This document shows, piece by piece, positions 1 to 12,303 of a stretch of DNA of 64,000 nt. The notes under the pieces were generated by a model. That model saw nothing but the letters and a program-made list of their open reading frames with translations. It ran no database searches and was not told the origin of the DNA. A program made the position numbers and the translations under genes. Positions within the stretch are counted from its first letter, which is position 1. The number at the start of each line of letters is the position of its first letter. This DNA comes from Octopus bimaculoides (taxonomy: Eukaryota): contig NC_068982.1 of the NCBI RefSeq assembly GCF_001194135.2, forward strand, positions 167,335,984-167,399,983. Direction: 5' to 3'.

Positions 1-480
1 AAATATTACATTAGATCTACCATAGATAACCCCAGTCCCATCTGAACCCCCAATCTCTCCACAACAAACTACAAACAACAACATATTTTGCATCAATACA
101 GCTATGTAGACCACACCAACAGCTCAGCCACACAGGGAAATAGAAATATTGAAAATAAAAGACCATTTAGACATGACATATGAAAGATGCAGTTTGTTGC
201 TACAGCAAACTCTAATCCTTATAGTCCATGCCTCTACATGAAAAACAATCTCCAAACATGCAGACACATATACAACACCCAGAACACATACACTATAACC
301 ATCACCAAGACCTACAGGTGTAGAGTAGCAGATATGGCCAGAAATAGATGAATAGGTGTACAGAAATAGACATGTCACACTGCACTACATACTACTGCAT
401 ATCGAAGTATGTACTATGGTTCTAAACTAGACATTAGCATAGAACAAAGATCTTTCGGTTGCACCTAGTCTTTCAGCTCA
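1..480 (+). mobile_element. Degraded non-LTR retrotransposon ORF2 C-terminal fragment, a different clade from the RTE copies
   Basis: Frameshifted reading TPTAQPHREIEILKIKDHLDM...QFVATANSNPYSPC resembles the post-RT region of I/Jockey-group LINEs. Recognised by eye; clade uncertain. Confidence 0.4.
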
Positions 481-975
481 ATACCTGAACATCATAGATT
501 CACTNNNNNNNNNNNNNNNNNNNNNNNNNNNNNNNNNNNNNNNNNNNNNNNNNNNNNNNNNNNNNNNNNNNNNNNNNNNNNNNNNNNNNNNNNNNNNNNN
601 NNNNCAGATCTACCTTTCAGCGTGCCGACGTTGAGAGTGCCAATCCTAATATATCAGTGTTAATTATTTATTAGCACTCTCACATCACTTAAGAGTGGGT
701 CTTTGGATATACTTGTGCCACACTGCTGGAAATAAGATTTAATTCTTTGGTCAGGCCTTTATTCAACTATAGTAGGACTCATAGACAAAAATCTCACCCA
801 TTGACCTGCACAAGATAGAAAGAAAATGCTTGGAAAACTGACATGGCTACTGCAGCTACCACCACCACCACCACCACCACCACCACCACTAGAAGAAGGC
901 TTTCTGGTTTTGTCATTGTCTTCTTCCTCATTGCTATTATCCTTACAAATAATATTAAATCTTGTAGGATATAAA

Positions 976-1205
976 GGCAATGAGCTGGCAGAATTGTTAG
1001 CACACCGAGTGAAATGCTTAGCAGCATTTTGTCTGTCTTCACATTTTGTGTTCAAATTCTGCTGAGATTGACTTTGACTCTCATCCTTTCAGGGTTGATA
1101 AAATAAGTATTAGTTGTGTGCTGGGGGTCAACGTAATTGACTTGCACCCTCCCTCTCGACTTACTGGTCTTGTGCCAAAATTTGAAATATTTGTAGGATA
1201 TTATT
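976..1205 (+). mobile_element. SINE family B copy (tRNA-type head), diverged
   Basis: ggcaatgagctggcagaattgttagcac...gtgttcaaattctgctgag...ctttcagggttgataaaataagta, homologous to the cleaner copies at 36834 and 52196. Confidence 0.8.
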
Positions 1206-1292
1206 TGTATCATGTCTCTTCAGTGTTTCAAGTGTAAAACCTGTTTAAATGTTGTTGCCATACATACAGGACACTCTCTATGAGAGAAACTC

Positions 1293-1450
1293 ATCATCAT
1301 CATCATCATCGTTTAACGTCCGCCTTCCATGCTAGCATGGGTTGGACGATTTGACTGAGGACTGGTGAAACCGGATGGCAACACCAGGCTCCAATCTAAT
1401 TTGGCAGAGTTTCTACAGCTGGATGCCCTTCCTAACGCCAGCCACTCAAA
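1293..1450 (-). mobile_element. RTE-LINE 3' tail fragment ending in (GAT)n
   Basis: (CAT)n followed by cgtttaacgtccgccttccatgctagcatgggttggacg...ctggatgcccttcctaacgcc; same tail as the ORF2-bearing copy at 12255. Confidence 0.88.
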
Positions 1451-3085
1451 CTATTAAATATAAAATTTACATTCAGTTTCTTTACTAATTTATTTAAATG
1501 AATATTTCTGTCCTTTTGACTCTTTACTTACAAAACTATTTCCATGTGACTTCTGATTGTTTTCAGTATCACTACCACTGCTATCATCATTGTTATTGTT
1601 GACATTGTCATTGTTGTCATCATAACCACCACCATCAGTTGAATCAAACAGCTGTTGAAAATGACTTTTCTTCATACCTTTTTAGAATTACATGGCTACC
1701 TCTTCTCTTCCTGTATATTTAATGTATTATGTCTACATGACTAACTTGTACTATCATTAAGAAGTTAGCTATATTATTATGAAGTAGTGTTGGGGAAAAT
1801 ACTTTGTGTTTTTTTTGCTATGATGCTTTATGTTCTGACTTTAAATCCAACTGAAGTGAATTCTGATTTTCATTTTTCTAGAGTAGAAGACATTTAGTTT
1901 GCATCAAATACAGGAGTTAATTCTAATGATTATGCTCACATCCAATATTCATTACTTTGTACCTATGCTAGAAATCATTGTGGTAATGGAATGTCAAGTA
2001 TATTGATAAGTTTTTGAGAATTGACTTTCTTCCAAGATTTAGTCCTTAGCTAAAACTTTTCACTTATATTGTGTTTAGACTTTTACTAAAAGTCTGAACA
2101 GAGCAATTTCATATTGACATTTCTTTATAGCATGGTTTTTTTAAAAATAGCTTTTGTTAATTTATTATTATGTTTTGGGATTCATTCTTGACCTGTAAAC
2201 TATCAAACTTCATACATCGAGTGCCATTTAGTTTTGTGCTCCATTTTCTTATGTTATTTCTGTCAAGAAATAAGGGCAAGGGTGCTCTGTACTCTCACCA
2301 CTCCTCTTGTCTCTCATTCCAAATCCCATTTTCAATACTCTGCTCTCTGTCTCCTTTCTCAGAATTGCAAACTCCTACTCCAATTTACATTTTTCTTATA
2401 GACACTAACCTGCAAATATTTACTGAATATCAATGTGTGGTACACACAACTTGCTATGCAATATGATATCAAGATTTGGTCCATGAGTATCTTTAGTGGG
2501 GTTCATCTTGCTGCAAGCATTCAAAACATTCAGTTTCCATATCACCTTTTTTTTTTTTTTTTTTTTTTACCTATGCACATTGGTCTGCAGACAAATGTTT
2601 AAATTGGGTTTGGGAGATTCTGCAAGCTAATGGGCATTGCCTGTCTGTCTGCCATTGATTAATTTAAGAATGACAAAAATGAGAATGTAATATGAGAAAT
2701 GACGAAAAGGTTACTTCCTCCTCCTCCTCCTCCTCCTCCAGACTGCCGTTGTGAACATCATTATAATGAACACTGATCACACATTATGATCATCACCTTG
2801 TTCACCATTGTTCACTGCCTTGTTCACCACCGTGATCGCCAACCTTGTTTACCACTACAATCACCCATATCATTTTGTAAGAAAGAATCATTATTATTAG
2901 AAAACCATATGTACATAGTTACTGGTGAATGAAATTTGTCATTTTGGAAATGCATGAATGATATACAAGTTCTTATTCTCTTTTATTATCAATTTGTAAC
3001 TTTGTTCCTCTACATCATTAAGATAATAAGTTGACAACTGTGGTAGATTGCTAGATTAAAATGTCTGACATTATTTAATTTCATT

Positions 3086-3625
3086 GTGAGATGGCGAGCT
3101 GGCAGAGTTGTTAACATGGATAAAATGCTTAGCATTTCTTTTAGCTCTGTAGTACCGCATAGTTCTAGACGCCATGTTGGAACATTCATCTGCGCATGCG
3201 CAAGGATTAGAGCCTGCCGAAGACCTGCCAGAAGCCCCTTGTGCGCATGCGCAGTCATCAGCGGCAGCTGGGGTTCACCACCATTCACTCTCTTCGATCA
3301 TGGCTTCTGACCGGGCAGGACACAACTTAGAGCAGCTCCGTCGAGAATGGGACTTTTAATGGCGAGTAGCACTGTGAGTCTGTAATAATGCCTTATTGCC
3401 TTGGTGCCTAACTACCAACCCCGCTGCTTCTTCATCTAGGTGTTCACAGCTACCGCTAACTAGAGATGGAACGTTTACTCAGAGAAATAAATTATTATTG
3501 TTATTTATTCAGAGAGATCTTGTCCTCACCTTTTCCTTCAATGAATTATGTATGGAATTGTGAAGCACCCAGCAAGTGCTAAATCACATTTTCTACAGCT
3601 CTTTATGTTCTGAGTTCAAATTCCA
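3086..3625 (+). mobile_element. SINE B 5' part interrupted by a solo LTR
   Basis: The head gatggcgagctggcagagttgttaac...aaatgcttagcatttcttttagctc resumes as tttatgttctgagttcaaattcc after 3601. Confidence 0.75.
3148..3597. mobile_element. Solo LTR (450 bp) with TGTAG...CTACA termini and a 4-bp TSD GCTC
   Basis: GCTC at 3144-3147 and 3598-3601; 5-bp terminal inverted repeat; AATAAA at 3486-3491. Removing it restores the host SINE. Confidence 0.78.
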
Positions 3626-3649
3626 TGCACACACCAAGATATTCTTTAT

Positions 3650-4190
3650 CATCATCATCATCATATGTCCATTTTCCATGCTGGCATGGGTTGGATGGCT
3701 TGACAGGAACTCGTAAGGTCTAGGGCCACATCAGGTTCCGTAGTTTGTTTTGGCTTGGTTTCTATGGCTGGATGCCCTTCCTAATGCCAACCACTCCACA
3801 AAGTGTACTGGGTGCTTTTCTATGTGGCACCATCACAGGTGATTTTTAAGAGGTATGAACACCAGTGCTTTTTACATGGCACCTTGGTTTTAGGATCTCA
3901 ATTCTGTTGTGGTGGCGGATCTTCTCAAGTAGAACAATGTGCCACATAACTCAATCCACTGTTATCTCTTTCATAAGGTTCAGCATTTTGAGATCAGCCT
4001 TCAAAACTTTGTCTCATGTCTTCCAGGGTCTCCCTTTATTACAACTTTCCTTCATTTTAAGGGATTGACACTTCTTTATGCAGCTATCTTCATCCATTTG
4101 CATTACATGACCAAACCAGCACAGCCTCCCCTCTTGCAGACTGCATATAATTCCTCTTATGTCCAACTCCTCGGTCATGAGTGGACGGCC
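3650..4190 (-). mobile_element. RTE-like LINE 3' fragment (tail, 3'UTR and degraded ORF2 end)
   Basis: (CAT)n tail and ctggatgcccttcctaatgccaaccactc. The minus strand near 4000-4150 resembles RLGWFGHVM...VKKCLKMKVV.KGRP.KTWDKV. Confidence 0.72.
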
Positions 4191-4204
4191 ATCATATATA
4201 TATG

Positions 4205-4280
4205 ATTAATCAAAGGACATACTAAGTATGTCTACCTGCTGGAAATTAGGTAGACATACTTAATATGTTCTTTGATTAAT
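4205..4280. repeat. Near-perfect inverted repeat: 33-bp arms, 10-nt loop, 2 mismatches
   Basis: attaatcaaaggacatactaagtatgtctacct [gctggaaatt] aggtagacatacttaatatgttctttgattaat. Confidence 0.95.
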
Positions 4281-4449
4281 TTTAATCCTCCAGCTATTTA
4301 ATGCATTTTTTTTTTTTGGTGGGGGGACTGCAATTATATATATTATTGATTCTGTGATTATCATTTTTAAAATTGCTACACTGGATAATAACAGAGTTAA
4401 TGATATCTTCGAAAATTAATTTTTTGTGAATTATTTGCTCCGTATATGT

Positions 4450-4490
<41 letters not shown>

Positions 4491-4658
4491 AAGTTTTTAT
4501 GTTGAGTCCTTTTTATGTTTTGTAACTTAGTGGTTTGACAAGTAGATTGATAAAATAATTGCTTACACTGAAGTTTTAGTATCAATATGATCAACTAAAT
4601 CTTTTAAGTTGGTGCTTCTGTATGACCAAAGTCCAATGACTGAAATCACTAATTTTAA

Positions 4659-5030
4659 TAACAAGAGCACTCACAGAGTGCAAACCTCAGCCAAGGCAAC
4701 ACCAACGTCCTCTCAACGATTAGCCGGAGATGATTTCTAAAATGAGAATATCTGAAATAAACTCAACTGCTCTCACAAATGAGAATATTAAAAATGAACC
4801 AGCCTGCTCTCAAAAATTAAGTAAGAAAAGAAACAGGAAAAATAATCCAGAATCCTTGTCCGGTACCGGATCGATCCGAAAATCTAATCAGTTTGTGCTA
4901 GACATGAGGCCAAACATCCCTGTAAGTTTCATCAGAATCCATCCAGTGGTTCTTGAGATATTTTGTCCACAGACAAACAAACAAGCACGACTGAAAACAA
5001 TACCTCCGTCTTCACTGAGGCAGAGGTAAT
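4659..5030 (+). mobile_element. Non-autonomous HINE/Helentron-like (pearl/DINE-type) element
   Basis: Starts taacaagag; internal GATCCG-type palindromes; short (ACAA)n core; 3' GC-rich stem-loop acctccgtcttcactgaggcagaggt at 5002-5027. Confidence 0.55.
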
Positions 5031-8000
5031 TAATACTATCTTTAGAATGAACCTAGTTTGAAACAATTAATAAACAAGGCCAACAGGAAGTCTATGGCAA
5101 ATAAAAACACACTTTTTGAGCTCTATAAAGGATGTACAGGACTTTAAATATAACTGTCAAATCAAATCTTTTTATTCTCAAGGTTTAAAAAAAGAATCTA
5201 GAAATATATCAAGATTTTCAATGTATAACAAAAGAAGTACTAGGAGTATGCACTAAATATTCTATTATTATTATACTTGTATATAAATTATATACCTGGG
5301 TTACTTTCACAACCTGTTTGTTACTTTTGATTCTTGATTTATATCTGAATTTCCAGATATTATGAGGTAAACTTATTTATGAATACTAGACTGTTAGGTT
5401 TTAGATTTATATGTAATTTTACAAATGTACTAAATGTACTTTGTAAGTTCACAAGGTAGGAACTAATTTGTTTTTAATTGGTTGGGTAAGTATGGTTGTA
5501 AGTTTGATATTTCCCTTTTTGTTGTTGCTGTTGCTTAGCCCAAACCATGCTAGCTTGGAAGATGGATGTAAAATATTGATAATGATGGTGTGTGTGTGTG
5601 TGTGTGGGGGGGGGGGGGCATTGGTGTTAGGAAGGGTATCCCGATGTAGAAATCATGCCAAAGCAGACAGTAGATCTTGGTGTAGTTTTCTGACTTGCCA
5701 ACTCCTGTCAAACATCATCCAACCCATGCCAGCATGGAAAATGGACATCAAATGATAAAGATAATGATAAATATATTCACACACATGTAAGTACGCAATC
5801 ATATTCATTACAGTTTCATGTTTTGTGTATGACAACATGCAAATGTGTTGAGAGAAAAGTTGGGCATAAGAAGCATAAAATGTATACAAGAGAAAAGACT
5901 GCTGGCATGGTTATATGATTTGTAAGAGGACATTTGCATAAAGAAGTGCCAATCACTAAATGTGGATGAAACTTGAGGAAGAGGGAGACAAAGAAGATAT
6001 TGGATGAAGTAATGAAGACTGACCCTGTTATCTCCTTACAGAGGATATAACAAGGACTCAGTTGATTGGTGATTTGCTGTACTCGATAACTGGACATATT
6101 GCATTGCCACTTTTGTGCTACCAGTTAACCTTCTCTTTGGCACCACTTCCTTTGTCACCCACGCCACATCCTCAATGTCATCCCTCACCATTTTATTTTC
6201 TACTGGATGCCCCTTTCCAATGAACTCCATCTCATATCCCAGAGCCATATGATTGTGAAGTAGACATTTTAACCTCACAGCATGTAACCATACTCCTCCC
6301 CACCACACACAATTATATAATGAACATATGTTTATTCTCACAAGACATGTGCCCACAACAATGCATAACCCCATAAACTCACTTGCTATGCTCATATCTG
6401 CTTAGCATAACACATCATACATCCTCATGCACATATACCAAAATGGCACATATATCGACACAGTCTACCTATACAGATGATGAACATAACTAACAACCCA
6501 ACAGAGTAGGCCTCTTGCATAGTTACTAACCTGTAAGAAATACCAAACAAATTTCTCTCTCCCTACTTAAAAAGAAAAAAAAAAAAAACGCATTGGGTAA
6601 CACTGATACACTAGCTGAAATACAGAGAGAGAGAGAGGGAGAGTGGTCATAGCTGGAATGTTTTTCAATATTAGGTCTGCTCATTCAGAGCTCACCTTAG
6701 GTTAAGCAAGAAACACCTACTAAAGCTTTGGTGGACTCAGCCTTGTGTATGAAATTGGGTAGACTTGTTGGATGGACAGTACTGGTCCTTGTGTGGCAGA
6801 TTATGTGTCACCAGGTTTAACACCACTAGTTGGTCCTTGGGTGTTTTTAGCAGAGTCCATGCTGTTGCATGCATCTGTACTAACACTGTGGTAAGCTTAG
6901 TAGCTTCATCCAATGCTCCTGTTGCAGCAACTCTTGTGGTTCTTCCTCCTATTCCATTCCAGTGTTGGTAGCCCTTCTTCCCTGATTAGGCCATCAAAAC
7001 ACACAACACACATACAAACAAATATTTAAAGATAAAATTGTTTTATAACTGAAAGTACTTTAAAAAACCTGGTTCAATCTCTGCTCAGTTGATCACTTAT
7101 TTTAATATCATTTTTCCCAAAGAGCAGTGATCGCAGAGTTAACAGAACACTGACCAAACTCTGTATTCATATCCTGGTATTGACTCTGCATTACAGTCAT
7201 GGTCAAACACCTCTTAGAGACTAATTCCACTTAACCTTCAGTAGATACTATGAATGGCACTATTTATTACTCTGAGCAGTTGCAGCACTGTGGAAATAAG
7301 ATCTCATTGGCTTATAGTACTGAGTTTATGATGGATCAGCATCCCACCAGTAGAGAGGGTGGGTATTTTTTGTTAGAGAAGCTAAAGTTAAATGCTGGTT
7401 CAATGGTTCATTGTGACCAGGAAACAGATTAGCCCTTTTTAATAAAATATTGAAAAGTATGGAAGTACAAGTCAATAAATAAGACGAGACTGTAAGTTGA
7501 CTTAACTAGGATGCTGTAGTAGTGCTGCAACATTGTGACAGTATTCCAACAAAGCCAGAATCATAATACAAGTACCAAACCATTTATCTGGCAAGCCTGG
7601 GATAGGAGTTTGTCTGGATTTCTGGATACAGGCTAAGTATATATTTAAAATAAAAAAGAAACAATGATAAGCAAGGGATAAAACTGTATTTAACAGGTAC
7701 AAATTAATACACTTCTGAAGCAAGGTCTGTTTGATCTCTATTAATTTGTTTAAATTTCTTAAAATAACCTGTAAAGAAAGCTTGTTAAACCTATATAGGA
7801 TGAAAATTAAGTGAAGAATAGAAATGAATATAATTTCACTTAATAGATACAGGTATAAATTAATACAAGATATGCTCAACATTCATATCCTGAGTCTTAG
7901 GGCTTCTTAAATTAATCTATTTCATTGTTATGATTAATTACTTGCATGTTGCAGAACTGTCATTTCTGAACAAAACCACATCAAAAGTATTACTTTATGA

Positions 8001-8189
8001 CAAAAACAATGAAATAAAAACTATAAGAGGCAGATAACATTCAGAAAACATGATAGGCCACAGAAAACACCAGAAAAAGTAGTCGCATAATGAACACAGC
8101 TGTAACTACTAAATTCAAAACTAGATAATTTTAGAAATAACTGGTTTTCTGGATTATCCAGATTTCTGGAAGCTTGTTAAGTATTCAGT

Positions 8190-9005
8190 ATCACCATCAT
8201 CATCATCATTTAATGTCCGCTTTCCATGCTAGCATGGGTTGGACGATTTGACTGGAGACTGGCGAACCTGATGGCTACACCAGATTCCAATCTGATCTGG
8301 CAGAGTTTCTACAGCTGGATGCCCTTCCTAACGCCAACCACTCTGAGAGTGTAGTGGGTGCTTTTTACGTGCCACCGGCATGAGGGCCAGTCTGGCAGTA
8401 CTGGCGACGGCCATGCTCAAATGGTGTTTTTTACGTGTCACCTGCACAGGAGTCAGTCCAATGTTTTGTTCACATGTCACCGGCACAAATGCCAGTAAGG
8501 CGAAGCTGGAAGCGATCACGCTCAAATGGTGCTTTTTACGTGCCACCGGCACGGGAGCGAGACTGCTGCTCTGGCAGTGATCCAGCTCGGATGGTGCTGT
8601 TAACGCTCCACTGGCACGGGTGCCAGTCATCAAATTTAGTTCAGTTTCGATCTCACTTGCCCCAACAGGTCTTCGCAAACTGAGTTTAGTGTCCAATGAA
8701 GGAAAGTTGGCATGGGTGCCAGTCATCGAATTTGGTTCAATTTCGATTTCGATTGCCTCAACAGGTCTTCACAAGCAGGGTTTTGTGTTCAAAGAAGGAA
8801 AGGTACGCATAAGTGGGCTGGCTACACCCCTGGCAGAGGCCATGGTGTATGGTCTCACTTGTCTTGCCGGGTCTTCTCACGCACAGCATATTTCCAAATG
8901 GCTGTTCGTACACATGCGTCATACAGTCTACCTTTTACTCTGAGCGAGAGGGTGAGCTCTCTGAACTTTGCCCAGGCTATTCTTATTCTAGCAGCTACAC
9001 TCTCT
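8190..9005 (-). mobile_element. Internally deleted RTE-LINE derivative (tail, modular 3'UTR and a short ORF2 piece)
   Basis: (CAT)n tail. At ~8897 it jumps from the ORF2 end into atggctgttcgtacacatgcgtcatacagtctaccttttactctgagcgag, identical to 13142-13192. Confidence 0.85.
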
Positions 9006-9329
9006 TATTGCTCCCAAATCTTTAACATTGTCCTCATTGTCTCTCTCGAACATTCACATAATCTCATTATCAAAGGAAATTCCATTTTTATCATAATCTT
9101 TGTCTGTTAGTCAAACTGCTACCTGTGTTGGACACATGTTCATTCTATTGACCTAAAAGCCCCTTAAATTGCAATTCATATTCTGTTCCATCTGTATCAT
9201 TGGAACTGTCATACATTTGAAAAAATTTCATCATTTACTTGAAATACCTTCTCATGTGTCTTAAACCCATTGCACAATAATATTTGGGAGTTTGAAAGCA
9301 CCTATCTTTGTTAGTTCCTGGTTTTCTGA

Positions 9330-10290
9330 TACTGTCCTTATGTTTCACAATTTCCTTATATGTATTTTAAATAACTTATTTAGTGAAATGTCTAATGGCT
9401 GTGGAATCTCTAGAGATGACTTCCCGTCTTATTTAAGTGAATCTGTAAAGATAAAATTACAGGAAAATGAAACGAGATAGAATTGATCTCATATACAAAA
9501 CAATTGTCGACTCTTTAGTTTTTTTTTTTTTCATCCAGCCAAACATGTATTTAATACATTCTTCATCCCTTTAAATGAACTTCAACAAGCATACCATGTG
9601 AACATTTTTCCTTTGATATACTTTTTCTTCCAAGTATTACTATTGATTTAAGTTTTATACCATCAGCTAGGCATACTAAAACTGCAAAATGTTGCCATTC
9701 TTGTCCAGTTATTTTAACACTAATAGTGGTGTTTTTCTAAAAAGTTCACTGGTATTACCACGCAGGTTGATAAAATATTGGAGTTTCATTCCTGTTTCTT
9801 TTTGTCAACAATACATACCCATGTCTGCATCAAATGATTATAAATTCATGGAATTGTATAGTTTATATTCTCCATATTCTTTGGTAACTTTTGTATAATA
9901 TGGGTTTACTTATGCAGTGCTTTCATATTTCTATGTAAAAGTCTGATACACCATTTAGCTGAAGCATGGAACTTTTGAATAATATTTTATTTACTTATGC
10001 CTCTGAAAAGCTGTAATGCTTTTATTCTGATAGCCATGGGGACGATAGCAAGTACTTTCAGCTGTTAACATACCCAAGTATATAAATCTTTTTCCAGTTT
10101 CTTATATAGAAAGACACTACAGCATTTAACTGTGTTCATTTTTGGCATTTTCTTGAGTGTTTCCTTTTCTTTCTGTCAATCCCTTCCTAATTTTTCCAAC
10201 ACATAAAGCTCTCTCTCATTACTTCCATTGTCCATATACTTCAACATATTCAATAACACACAACTTAAAACCAGCCTCTCCGTTTGTTGT
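9330..10290 (-). mobile_element. Decayed pogo-family (POGK-like) DNA transposase: BrkDBD/CENP-B HTH plus DDE_1
   Basis: Minus-strand fragments with stops and frameshifts: AGFKLCVIEYVE...ERELYVLEKL.RD.QKEKETLKKMPK; NETPIFY (~9770-9790); ITGQEWQHFAV (~9680-9712); QPLDISLNKLFK (~9364-9402). Confidence 0.8.
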
Positions 10291-12253
10291 TCTGCCTTAA
10301 GTGCTCATTGTTTAGTTTTTTCTTTTGTCTCTTTTTCTTATCAGAAGTAGAATTAATTTCTTAACACTTCTGGTGCATATATAAAGAGGTTCAGACTAAT
10401 GTATCATCATAAGTATGTTTGTTTTGTAACAGAATCAAACTCTACTTAAGTGGTTGTGTTTGTTTTTGTGTGATGTCAACAACATATATCTGTTTACAGT
10501 ATCAGCATCCAGATTTCATAGTAGCATAACTGATATGCCCTACACACTCAATTGTTTGTTGATATGTGTGTGGTGCAAATTTCAGGCCTAGATCCCTGAT
10601 GGTTCAGTAAATAAGTTACATGTGACTTTCCATGCAAATTTTTGAGTAAGAAACTGACTTACCTATGACTATATATTCTAATGTCAGTACAGAACATACT
10701 ATTGCTTGGTACTCTTTGTCCATTCATATCACCACATGTTCATATTGGTGTACTCATCTCTTTTGCACGCACCAAACTTAACTCATTGGCATACACAGAT
10801 CTTCCACATTTAGTGCTCTTATCTCACATACCGCAGTGTGGTATTGTACATTTTATATGTTTCATAAAACCTACCATTTGTATGAAGAAAGAATAGTTTT
10901 GTTGCTAGAAGAGGTAATAGTTCCTGGAACTCCTTGCATCTCTTTGTTATTCTTGCTGTTATCTTCTCACTATTTCTGTCTCTAGCATTATTTAGCTAAT
11001 TTATGTCACCAAAACAAGCAAGCAACTAATTTATTGACATCATTTCTTGGGGCTGCCATCTCCTCTTTTTGACTATTGTAGTGTATCTAGTTTTCTGTCA
11101 GTCTCCCAGAGATCCCACTACATTTTTTATATATCCAGTTTTTGTAAAGAGTAGTTATCTACTTATTCTTTTAAGCCTTTGCAGTTGGAGTCAGATTTTG
11201 TTTTCTAGTACTAATTAATATTTAAAGTAGTTTTAGTGTTGATCACTGAATTATAGACCATATTTCCAGATTTTGATCCTATTTTATTCCCTGCAGCTCT
11301 TTACAGATTCCCTACGGGAACCAGGTTGCCAGAGTGATTAATATTTCTGTTTGGAAAATAATGAAAAGCAATATATATTACATGCCAACATGAGTATATA
11401 TTTGTGTACAAAGCTAGTTGCTTTTGAATTGTTTTACTAAGAATATATATGGCTACATATTTTTCTTATATCAGGTTTATCTCTTCTGTATATCCTACTT
11501 AAAGAAACAGTCTGTTTCATTAAGTTAATGGGCCCTGATACTGAGTTAAACCCCTTGAAGCATCGTTCTCCTCTGTAAAGTTATAATGTCCAGAAAATAA
11601 TTGCAATTTCCTTTAAACAATTATCACAATAAAGTATATAAGTTCCTGTTCGGAATTGAAACTAAATTGCAGATTTCTACTGACACTACAACTGATGCTG
11701 ATCTCATTTTACTTGTTAATTATTTGAAAACAGTTTATAACGAAGAAAAAGGAAGATGTGACATACCTAGTGGTTGTAGTAACATTGTTAGATTGTGGAA
11801 CCAGTTTATTATTTTTTTTATGGAGTTATTCAAGGACGTCACTCCTATTGTTTTCTTCAGACTTTAACAAAACACTCATTAATATTGCTATTATCTAATA
11901 TCAGGTTATCCTTGATCAAGTTGGTCTATGATCAAAAGTGTAGCAGTTGTGATGACCCTATCCTTTCTTTTTTTCAGACAAGGTATTTCAGGTTACATTT
12001 TCCAGTGTAAAAGGAAGAATTGGCTGCTATTTTTAACAGGTTGAAAGACCATGTAGATGCTTCTGTTTCAGCTTGTACTCATTAATATTATCTTAGTGCT
12101 GTTATGGTGCCTACTTAGAGCTAGGCGAAGTGCCTTGGCCACAGTATTAGTGAAAGGATATTAACCTATAACTCCACAACTGCCTCTTACGGTATCATGT
12201 TAACTGTTCAGTATATATAAGTAGAATGAAATGTTTCTCAGTTGAAATTGGAA

Positions 12254-12254
<1 letters not shown>

Positions 12255-12303
<49 letters not shown>

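Noticed and set aside
3174-3359. 61-aa ORF MLEHSSAHAQ...REWDF as a small protein
   Set aside because: It lies wholly within the solo LTR; the repeated AHAQ is just the translation of the GCGCATGCGC palindromes.
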